This document shows, piece after piece, positions 53,111 to 64,000 of a DNA stretch of 64,000 nucleotides. Numbering within the stretch: position 1 is the first letter of the stretch; every line of letters begins with the position of its first letter. A program made the translations under genes and the position numbers. The stretch spans positions 1,116,001-1,180,000 of the forward strand of contig NW_026782462.1 in assembly GCF_031769215.1 (NCBI RefSeq), in the 5' to 3' direction. A model generated the notes under the pieces. It searched no databases. It was not told where the DNA came from and worked only from the letters and a program-made list of their open reading frames with translations. Source of the DNA: Ylistrum balloti. Lineage: Eukaryota.

Positions 53111-56100
53111 CAGAAGTGTTTGTTGACACATACATGGTATAAGACAAATGTTTGTTGACACATACATGATATCAGAGAAGTGTTTGTTGACACATACATG
53201 GTATAAGAGAAGTGTTTGTTGACACATACATGGTATAAGAGAAGTGTTTGTTGACACATACATGGTATAAGAGAAGTGTTTGTTGACACATACATGGTAT
53301 AAGAGAAATGTTTGTTGACACATAAATGATATAGGAGAAATGATAGTTGACACATATATGATATAAGAGAAGTGTTTGTTGACACATACATGATATAAGA
53401 GAAATATTTGTTGACACATACATGATATAAGAGAAGTGTTGGTTGACACATACATGATATAAGAGACGTGTTAGTTGACACATACATTATATAAGTGTTT
53501 GTTGACACATACATGATATAAGAAAAATTGTTTGATGACACATACATGGTATAAGAGAAGTGTTTGTTGACACATACATGGTATAAGAGAAATATTTGTT
53601 GACACATACATGATATAAGAGAAGTGTTTGTTGACACATACATGATATAAGAGAAATGTTTGTTGACACATACATGATATAAGACAAGTGTTAGTTGACA
53701 CATACATGATATAAGAGAAGTGTTAGTTGACACATACATGATATAAGAGAAATATTTGTTGACACATACATGATGTAAGAGAAGTGTTAGTTGACACATA
53801 CATGATATAAGAGAAGTGTTAGTTGACACATACATGATATAAGAGAAATATTTGTTGACACATACATGATGTAAGAGAAGTGATAGTTGACACATACATG
53901 ATATAAGAGAAGTGTTTGTTGACACATATATGGTATACGAGAAATGTTTGTTGACACATACATGGTATAAGAGAAGTGTTTGTTGACACATACATGATAT
54001 AAGAGAAGTGTTTGTTGACACATACATGTATACGAGAAGTGTTTGTTGACACATACATTATATAAGAGAAGTGTTTGTTGACACTTACATGATATAAGTG
54101 TTTGTTCACACATACGTGATATAAGAGAAATGTTTGATGACACATACATGATATAAGAGAAGTGTTTGTTGACACATACATGATATAAGAGAAGTGTTTG
54201 TTGACACATACATGATATAAGAGAAGTGTTTGTTGACACATACATGATATAAGAGAAGTGTTTGTTGACACATACATGATATAAGAGAAATATTTGTTGA
54301 CACATACATGATAAATGAGAAATATTTGTTGACACATACATGATATAAGAGACGTGTTAGTTGACACATACATGATATAAGTGTTTGTTGACACATACAT
54401 GATATAAGCTTGTTGACACATACATGATATAAGTGTTTGTTGAAGCATACATGATATAAGAGAAATGTCTGTTAGATTTGACACATACATGATATAAGAG
54501 AAGTGTTTGTTGACACATACATGGTATAAGAGAAGTGTTTGTTGACACATACATGATATAAGAGAAGTGTTTGTTGACACATACATGATATAAGAGAAGT
54601 GTTTGTTGACACATACATGGTATAAGAGAAGTGTTTGTTGACACATACATGATATAAGAGAAATATTTGTTGACACATACATGATAAAAGAGAAATGTTT
54701 GATGACACATACATGATATAAGAGAAGTGTTTGTTGACACATACATGGTATAAGAGAAGTGTTTGTTGACAAATACATGATATAAGAAAAGTATTAGTTG
54801 ACACATACATGATATAAGAGAAGTGTTTGTTGACACATACATGGTATAAGAGAAGTGTTTGTTGACACATACATGGTATAAGAGAAGTGTTTGTTGACAC
54901 ATACATGATATAAGACACATACATGATATAAGAGAAGTGTTTGTTGACACTTACATGATATAAGTGTTTGTTGACACATACATGATATAAGAGAAGTGAT
55001 AGTTGACACATACATGATATAAGAGAAATATTTGTTGACACATACATGATATAAGAGAAGTGTTTGTTGACACATACATGATATAAGTGTTTGTTGACAC
55101 ATACATGATATAAGAGAAGTGTTTGTTGACACATACATGATATAAGAGAAATATTTGTTGACACATACATGATATAAGAGAAGTGTTTGTTGACACATAC
55201 ATGATATAAGAGAAATATTTGTTGACACATACATGATATAAGAGAAGTGTTTATTGACACATACATGATATAAGAGAGAAATGTTTGTTGACACATACAT
55301 GATATAAGAGAAGTGTTTGTTGACACATACATGATATAAAGAGTGTTTGTTGACACATGTTTGTTGACACATACATGATATAAGAGAAATGTTTGTTGAC
55401 ACATACATGATATAATGACACATACATGATATAAGTGTTTGTTGACACATACATGATATAAGTGTTGGTTGACACATACATGATGTAAGAGAAGTGTTTG
55501 TTGACACATACATGATATAAGTGTTTGTTGAAGCATACATGATATAAGAGAAATGTCTGTTGACACACACGTGTTAAGAGAAATATTTGTTGACACATAC
55601 ATGATAAATGAGAAATATTTGTTGACACATACATGATAAAAGAGAAATATTTCTTGATACATACATGATATAAGAGACGTGTTAGTTGACACATACATGA
55701 TATAAGAGAAGTGCTTGTTGACACATACATGATAAAAGAGAAATGTTTGTTGACACATACAAGATATAAGAGAAATATTTGTTGAACATACATGATGTAA
55801 GAGAAGTGTTAGTTGACACATACATGATATAAGGGAAATGTTTGTTGACACATACATGACGTAAGTGTTTGTACACACATACATTATATAAGAGAAGTGT
55901 TTGTTGACACTTACATGATATAAGTGTTTGTTGACACATACATGATGTAAGAGAAGTGTTTGTTGACACATACATGATATAAGTGTTTGTTGAAGCATAC
56001 ATGATATAAGAGAAATGTCTGTTGACACACACGTGATATAAGAGAAATGTTTGTTGACACAAACATGATAAAAGAGAAATAATTGTTGACACATACATGA

Positions 56101-56512
56101 TAAAGGAAAAGTGTTTGTTGACACATACATGATATTAAAGAAGTGTTAGTTGACACATACATGATATAAGAGAAGTGTTTGTTGACACATACATGATAAA
56201 AGAGAAATGTTTGTTGACACATACAAGATATAAGAGAAATATTTGTTGAACATACATGATATAAGAGAATTGTTTGTTGACACATACATGGTATAAGAGA
56301 AGTTTTTGTTGACACATACATGATATAAGTGTTTGTTGACACATACATGATATAAGTGTTTGTTGACACATACATGATGTAAGAGAAGTGTTTGTTGACA
56401 CATACATGATATAAGTGTTTGTTGAAACATACATGATATAAGTGTTTGTTGACACATACATGGTGTAAGTGTTTGTTGATACATACATGGAATAGGTGAA
56501 GTGTTTGATAAC
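53111..56512. repeat. 32-bp minisatellite array with 27-bp deletion variants (over 100 copies)
   Basis: Unit GAGAAGTGTTTGTTGACACATACATGATATAA. Confidence 0.98.
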
Positions 56513-57597
56513 AAATTGACAAACGCAGAGATATACACATATATGAAATGTTAAGAGAAACATCCAGTATTTCATCATGATATACACTTAGAGCTATCTT
56601 TGCTTTTACTTAAGGGATGCTTTTCTTGTTTCATTCTTTCTCCCAGCTGTAAGCTTTTGTACATATTTTGAGTACGTGTCGATAGACTCTTTCCGAGATG
56701 TCGCCATTATCGATATTCCCTCTCAATAGTACACGACAGAGTTAAAAGTATCATCAACTCGAAGTCCGGAAAGAAATTGTAGAAAGTTATTTGGATGTAC
56801 GTTTTCATGCACAGATTATTTCTGTACACGAAATGGCATGAGCTATTGAGGCTTAGAGTGTCAGACAGATTCGTGTCGAGATAGTTTTGGAGAAGAAAAT
56901 ATCTTTTTTATATATTTTCTAGCTTGTCGTGCTTGAGGGCCTCTCAGCGTGTACTTGTCATATTGATTGTGTGTTGTGATTGTCAGAATTACCCCTTTGA
57001 AGCAGGAGGAAGCTTCAATTCAAGTGCACTTTTTACAGCAAACATGAAATTATTTTGTTAGATTATTTTGTTTGAAATAGTAAGGTTGATTTGATTCAAC
57101 ACTCTGTTAACAAAGGATGATTGTTCTTACAAGACGAATTACCTGCTGAAACATGAACATTATACAGCGATTATCAGAATATCTACACTATATAAACCCA
57201 TGAAAGGTGTTTAGTGTTGTATATGATGTTTGAGAGGTTTCAGAGTACTCCTAGGATTTCGCAAAAAAGTACCTAAAATTCATTTCGCTTTTTTATGAAG
57301 ATCTTATTTTGATATTAAAACCAATTAAAGACATATTCATATACATCTGTATGCGGGCGTTCAATTTGCATTACGTGTACAAGAAAAATTCGTTTCAAAC
57401 ATTATTGTGCTATATCATATTTTACAAAGAGCAAAAGACATGATCTTGGGTACTGTGTTGACTATTGAAAGGGGGGCTCCAGTTTATCATTGTGGTCGTA
57501 TTACCTTAAACCACCGTCACATGATTGTACCGCACTGAATCATATTCAGTCTTCAATGTTGTTGTTCTTTTGAAGATGGAAATCGATTTCTGGTTGC

Positions 57598-57678
57598 CTG
57601 GAATGTAGTCCGATAGTCCCGTGGCTAAGCTCCAGAGTTTGGATGGAAAGGTCCAATTTCCAAAAGCTGATACAATTT
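57598..57678 (-). CDS. Candidate 81-nt exon (E)IVSAFGNWTFPSKLWSLATGLSDYIP, gene unidentified
   Basis: Acceptor ...CAATTGCATAG, inside a stop-free frame of about 65 codons. The donor is uncertain (CAG|GC assumed). Phase is compatible with the 60786-60833 exon. Confidence 0.3.
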
Positions 57679-58023
57679 CTATGCAATTGTAGCTTAGAAG
57701 TAACTACAGTTAATATCTTGCACACTGCTTGTCCAAGATTCTGATAACTGTAAGAAAAGCTAACATCATGTTGAAAGCAGTTTAGTGATCATATGTATTA
57801 TGCTATGTAATCGCCTACACAAAACTGGAGTCCCTTTACTGCCTCGGATTAAATATTGAACGGGTAGACAAATGGGAGATTCCTGACCTGTAGTCAATAA
57901 TACCCTCTGAGTCTGATATATTTAAACTGTAAGAAAAAAACTCATTGATACGATGTTTAGCGGCTTAAGCTAATGTGATAATGGACTGTAGTGTTTGATA
58001 ATTACCTTAACGGTAGCAAGCAG

Positions 58024-58100
58024 TGCGGTGGTCGTTGTCTAGAGTTTGAATGTTTCATCTGAACCACTACTATCAGTACCGGGGATTCGTACCAGGCTGT
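58024..58100 (+). mobile_element. Degenerate tRNA-derived SINE head
   Basis: GCGGTGGTCGTTGTCTAGAG (A-box-like) followed about 50 nt later by GGGATTCGTACC (B-box-like). Confidence 0.4.
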
Positions 58101-58714
58101 AGGATTAACTCTTTTATGATTGTATAGCTTCACGATTTAACAGTTGTGATAGCGGATGGTGCAGCAGAAACTTAATTTACACATAAAGTATACTTCGGCC
58201 GCACATCGTCCACACACACGCACAAAATCGAAAGCACGAATGTGATATAATATCGCACATTTTGTGTAGCTCGGTAAAATGGTTGGTTAACAGTACGGAC
58301 AGATTAGATGGGAAACTCCTGTAGTTACAACTTAACAACAAACACAGACATATAGATTATCAAGTTCATTTTTATTTTAAAGTTATTATAGTGCAACTGG
58401 ACCTTCGTTAAATAGTCTCGTAAGGGTGCAGTTTCACATCTCACAGATCAGCGAGCGGTTAACACTAAGCAACACATTTACATGTATACAGGTATCGGTA
58501 AACACGTGGTCCGTACCGACTGCGTTTCCGGTGTCACAAACACAACACATAAAATTTACTCGTTTCACAACCAAATGATAAAAAATGCCAGTCTCAGAGC
58601 GATTGTAGATGAAATAACGTTTCTGACAACACAATGCCTTAGATGATTCATTGTCGAGACAATGAGCGACATTCATTTAGTGTTTACATGTATAATTTAT
58701 ATATAAGAGTATCT

Positions 58715-60304
58715 CTACACAAACAATGGTAAGGAGTGACACTTACACACGGGAGTATATAACAGACCAGGCTATATCTGATACAGGTACACAGACAATG
58801 GACAGGTGTGACACTTACACACGGAAGTATATAACATATCAGGCTATATCTCATACAGGTACACAGACAATGGACAGGTGTGACACTTACACATGGGAGT
58901 ATATAACAGACCAGTCTGTACCTGATACAGGTACACAAACAATGGACAGGTGTGACACTTAAACACGGGAGTATATAACAGATCAGGCTATATCTCATAC
59001 AGGTACACAGACAATGGACAGGTGTGACACTTACACACGGGAGTATATAACAGCTCACTCTGTACCTGATACAGGTACACAAACAATGGACAGGTGTGGC
59101 ACTTACACACGGGAGTATATAACAGCTCACTCTGTACCTGATACAGGTACACAAACAATGGACAGGTGTGACACTTACACACGGGAGTATATAACAGCTC
59201 ACTCTGTACCTGATACAGGTACACAAACAATGGACAGGTGTGACACTTACACACGGGAGTATATAACAGCTCACTCTGTACCTGATACAGGTACACAAAC
59301 AATGGACAGGTGTGACACTTACACACGGGAGTATATAACAGCTCACTCTGTACCTGATACAGGTACACAAACAATGGACAGGTGTGACACTTACACACGG
59401 GAGTATATAACAGCTCACTCTGTACCTGATACAGGTACACAAACAATGGACACGTGTGACACTTACACACGGGAGTATATAACAGATCAGGTTATATCTG
59501 ATATGGGTACACAAACAATGGACAGGTGAGACACTTACACACGGGAGTATATAACAGCTCACTCTGTACCTGATACAGGTACACAAACAATGGACAGGTG
59601 TGACACTTACACACGGGATTATATAACAGATCAGGCCATACCTGATACAGGTACACAAACAATGGACAGGTGTGACACTTACACACGGGAGTATATAACA
59701 GATTAGTCTGTACCTGATACAGGTACACAAACAATGGACAGGTGTGACACTTACACAGGGGAGTATATAACAGATCAGGCCATACCTGATACAGGTACAC
59801 AAACAATGGACAGGTGTGACACTTACACACGGTATATATAACAGATTAGTCTGTACCTGATACAGGTACACAAACAATGGACAGGTGTGACACTTACACT
59901 CGGGAGTATATAACATATCAGTCTATATCTCATACAGGTACACAAACAATGGACAGGTGAGAGAGACACTTATACACGGGAGCATATAACAGATCAGGTC
60001 ATACCTGATACAGGTACATAAACAATGGACAGGTGTCACACTTACACACGGGAGAATATAACAGCTCACTCTGTACCTGATACAGGTACACAAACAATGG
60101 ATAGGTGTGACACTTACACACGGGAGTATATAACAGATCAGGTTATATCTGATACAGGTACACAAACAATGGACAGTGTGACACCTACACACAGTAGTAT
60201 ATAATAGATCAGGCTATATCTGATACAGGTACACAAACAATGGACAGGTGTGTCACTTACACCCCTGGGTATATAACAGATCAGGCTACATCTGATACAG
60301 GTAC
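58715..60304. repeat. 72-bp minisatellite array (about 22 copies)
   Basis: Unit GTACACAAACAATGGACAGGTGTGACACTTACACACGGGAGTATATAACAGCTCACTCTGTACCTGATACAG. Confidence 0.98.
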
Positions 60305-60785
60305 TCAACACAAAGATGTATGGCTTGAACTGGAAACATACCTAGTTAAACCCTGGTATATATTGAAACTAAAATATCCATTCCCAGACATACTCTTAAG
60401 TAATTTCTAGATTTACATCAACCGCGACAGAAACGCATATATATACGATAAAACAACATCTCGTTTTCCAGAACTTTGAGGTGTGATCGATGATGGCAGA
60501 ATAAAAAGTGTTATAAACATTGGATGGTTTATTCTAGGAATTCAGGTGATTAGATGATATAGCCAGTGTTGAAAATTTGACTGGGGAAGATGACTAGTAT
60601 TGTGAGGTTAAGTCAGAGCGTCTGTCAATTAAAGAATATTTTCAATGTTTATGGATGGAAACACAATGGCAACTAAAGTAGATAACCGGTGTTTAAACGG
60701 TCGGCCTTAAGCAAACATCGAAACTGTTCTTAGAATTTAGCGGTATAGACATACGTAGAATTGACTCAATGTATTATTTACTTAC

Positions 60786-60833
60786 CGTTGTTGTAGTCTG
60801 TTGTGTATTCACGGATTTTTATGGTGTTTGCCC
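60786..60833 (-). CDS. Candidate 48-nt exon (G/R/W)ANTIKIREYTTDYNN, gene unidentified
   Basis: TTTTTACCCAG acceptor and ACG|GTAAGT consensus donor. Open frame, phase 1-1. Confidence 0.45.
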
Positions 60834-61110
60834 CTGGGTAAAAATCGACTCTGCAGGATTGTTCACCCAAAATATATGTGTTCATGTAGAGTGTGCCCTT
60901 GGTAACAATTATCCAGAAAATACACGTTATTATCAGAGAAGCCAGGTTCATCACAGCATATAGCCATCAACCTCTGATATTTATTTTGAAGATTTGTTGG
61001 TAAGCAAAGCGTTCAAATGATTGTGCAAAAGACACAAAAATAAATAGCACCTTTTTATACAGTACAAAATTGGAGTTAAATATGGCAGAGCCAAACACTT
61101 CATTATACCG

Positions 61111-61241
61111 CGACATAAAGTTGTTGCGTCCTTCTATGACCCGTCAGTGATGCTGAAAACCTAAACATTGAGGACATGGAGACGATGGAGGAAAATCCAA
61201 AGCGATCGAAAGAAAAGTCAAAATGTTGATGGGGAGGTACA
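61111..61241 (-). mobile_element. HHR-bearing retrozyme-like element, copy F (degenerate)
   Basis: 61111-61152 (minus): CATCA CTGACGG GTCA TAGAA GGAC GCAA CAACTT TA TGTCG. The upstream flank aligns with copy D (GAGACGAT...GCGATCGAAAGAAAAGTCAAAATGTTGATGG). Confidence 0.75.
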
Positions 61242-64000
61242 ATAGCCCATTAGTTCAATAACATTAGTAATTTCCATGTGTATAATAGTTACGTATCGAA
61301 CATGTGTTTATTCTGTATTGTGTTACTCTTTAAATACATTAAAACGTAGCAGGTTATGGCAAATTTTGAGGACTAAACTTCCACCTGCAGTGGCTTAGAA
61401 TTAGACACGACATTGTCAAAAATTGTTTGAATGTTTATCCAGGGTGAATATTTAACTAGAGAAAATAAAACATATTTAGAAATATAGCTCGGAGAAGGAT
61501 TCGCCGGGAGGAACGAACAAGTGTTTGAAAAGGTTGTCTATCATTCCTAATTAACTGAAGCTCTGACTGCAGGCGTCATGTTTCGAGAGGAATTGAAGCA
61601 TTATCTAGGATGAAAAATGAGGCCAGATTCTAACTATTTGCCACTTGTGTAAAGTTCTAGTAGAAGACGTTTCCATGGGCGCCACCTGACCAAGATTCAT
61701 TGGAAGCTTATTGGATAGTTGATAACGAAGAAAAAACTTGAAAGTGATCAGCACTTTATTCTAATCAAGAGGCGCTGAGTTGAACGTATTGCCACATTTA
61801 ATGGCGTGGACATCGGTGAATGTCTCCACCGGATCTTGTTTAAAGCTGTTGTCAGGTACTTCTCAAAAAAAAAAAAAAAAAACATCCCGTTTGAATGGAG
61901 GCAATAGCTAGCGAAAATTCCTTTTATTCTAATTTCAATTTGATATTACGTCGAAAACGTCTCTAACATCTGATTGAATTAATCAAAAAGTGCATTGTAT
62001 ACAACACAATAGTTGAAATATGTAACTTTTACTTTGCAATACAAACTGGTCAGTATGTTCTATCGCTATAATAATATACCACGTGAATTGAGTTACAATT
62101 CATACAGGGTTTTTTTTACAGATATCAAATGTATTTAAAAGAGTCTAGCCTTTACTTACAATATATTTAGCTGATACATGGGAATACAGCTTTGATATCC
62201 TTAGGAAAAATGATATAGTAATTGCATTTCAAAATGCCATTTATGATACTGAATGGTTAATGGTGGAATGTAGAAGTCGGGTTTATGTGAAGTTGTCATG
62301 ATGATCTAATTACAATTATTTGTCATCTTATTTATTTATCTATTTTATTTTATATATTTGTTTGTTTGTTGTTCCATTATTTGAAAATTGGTTTGTTATT
62401 TAGGGATTGACATGTGCAGGTTTGTTTTTAATCAGTTTTACTATGTAAGATAATCTCTAGGATGATATAAGGTCTATATTTTATTACTTTCATTTAGAAA
62501 CTTGTTACTGGAATGAGAGTTGATAAGGATCATGATATTGACATCCTAACAAAATCTTTTTGCTTACCAGCGTATAAATATATAGAGAATACATGGTCAG
62601 TGTCTTCAAATAAAAGCTGTATCTTGGCGAAGGTGAAAAACGTGGCGACCCTCTGGCGAGCCAAAATATAGCTTACATTTTAAGACACTGGCCATGTATT
62701 CTATTTATCCTGCAACATTGACTGAAAATCAGACTGTTGATCCTTGAATAGTTACCTAACGTTGCCGTTACGCTGAATTTTGCCTGATGGGAGATGCCAA
62801 AATAATTGTTCCGCGCAGAAATATAGTTCCAAACTTTATTGGATATAAGAGTAATTTTATTTGTTTTTATATAAATCAACTTGTACATCACAACATGTGA
62901 AATCGTTTATTTCAACAACTATATATATTTTTTCCCGTAAGTAAATTCTGTCGAATTACCGCACGTGCTAAAATCAGCTATTTTCCGTCACTACCGATTA
63001 CAGCAAAATGTATGCATTCCTGTAATGACAACCCAAGATACAGGATGAAATTAAATATTATGTCTGTATCAACCGTTAAAAATCAAGTTTGTATGATTTA
63101 CATTCCGGTACAAATTGTTAATCTATTTGTATTTACAATAGGACATAAATGAAGACATAGAAAGCGTTTTTTGTCACAAATTCTAATCAAATTCTGATCG
63201 AATGCATATTATCTCAAAACTGCAGTAAGTGACACGTCGTTTGATGATGGAGTTTATAAGAAAACTGTCTCCGTTATATATTGGAGTACAGATGGTTATA
63301 CATTTATATATGTATATAAAACTGCTTTATAAACGGAACTCAGCATGAATGAATTAGCAAGCACATCTCTCACACCAAGTTCTTCTTTCAAAAGTTATCA
63401 AGTTACAAATAATGGGTTGTGTTGATAATTTTTGTAATAGGTCTAGAATAAATCGGTTATGTAAAAATATGTTACCTGCTGGATTGCATGAGCACATGAT
63501 GTATTCATCACATAATTCGTAAATATTAGATGCTGTACAGTTTTGATTTCTGTGATTTAAATAATCCATACATATAAATAAGATTAGGTATATAGCGACA
63601 ACAGTGCCACATCAGACAGTTAAGAAAACATTGTTAAGTTTAACATGTAAATTTAAAGATGAATTTAAAGGAAAAACATATGAATGGAATGATATGCAGT
63701 CTAAATGTTCCATAAACGACACAATATACACCTCGACAGCGACAAAAAATGCTTCTCATATAAAGTAGAGCGCTAGGCTTTCTGTAATTTATGAACTGAA
63801 GGAAGACACCAGGTTCCAATCATAAGAGAATGCGTACGGCGTGTGGTAGCGTCCCTAGTGTGGTAACACTTATCAATACCGAGGATAGTGTGTTTGTATT
63901 CTCATACATCTGCAGGTAAGGTGTTTATACATTAATAGCCGATTTTATTTACCGTCCAGGATTTATTCGGCTGCAGCAGGTGATGTTGATTAATCCTCGC

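Noticed and set aside
53099-56587. Long Cys/His/Met-rich ORFs (up to 552 aa)
   Set aside because: They are translations of the 32-bp minisatellite, open in several overlapping frames, with no splice or codon evidence.
58684-60192. 410-aa Cys-rich ORF and overlapping ORFs on both strands
   Set aside because: The 72-bp repeat is open in several frames on both strands, which is a repeat artefact.
61640-61700. SSRRRFHGRH peptide reminiscent of a Penelope-like RT C-terminal motif
   Set aside because: The match is short, flanked by stops, and upstream residues do not match an RT.

Overview
AT-rich, repeat-dense animal genomic DNA. The minisatellites and SINE/Helentron-like fragments resemble bivalve mollusc sequence, but that is recognition from memory, not a database result. 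There is one 133-N assembly gap and no protein-coding gene I can name. All ORFs above ~165 aa in the track are translations of tandem repeats. Twelve tandem arrays (units of 26-86 bp) cover roughly 17 kb. The main signal is RNA-level: a dispersed family of short elements carrying hammerhead ribozyme (HHR) motifs at six or more loci (5.7, 5.85, 11.0, 13.5, 39.0-39.35 and 61.1 kb). At 39.0 kb the HHR itself has been amplified into a 7 x 45-bp array. One unit keeps a complete catalytic core, and across the junction with its neighbour it folds into a well-paired type III hammerhead. A second, unrelated 63-bp array at 24.85-25.46 kb looks like an amplified Penelope-type minimal hammerhead with a damaged 5' core. 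A few small exon candidates occur on both strands, all at low confidence. No folding software, alignment tool or database search was run.
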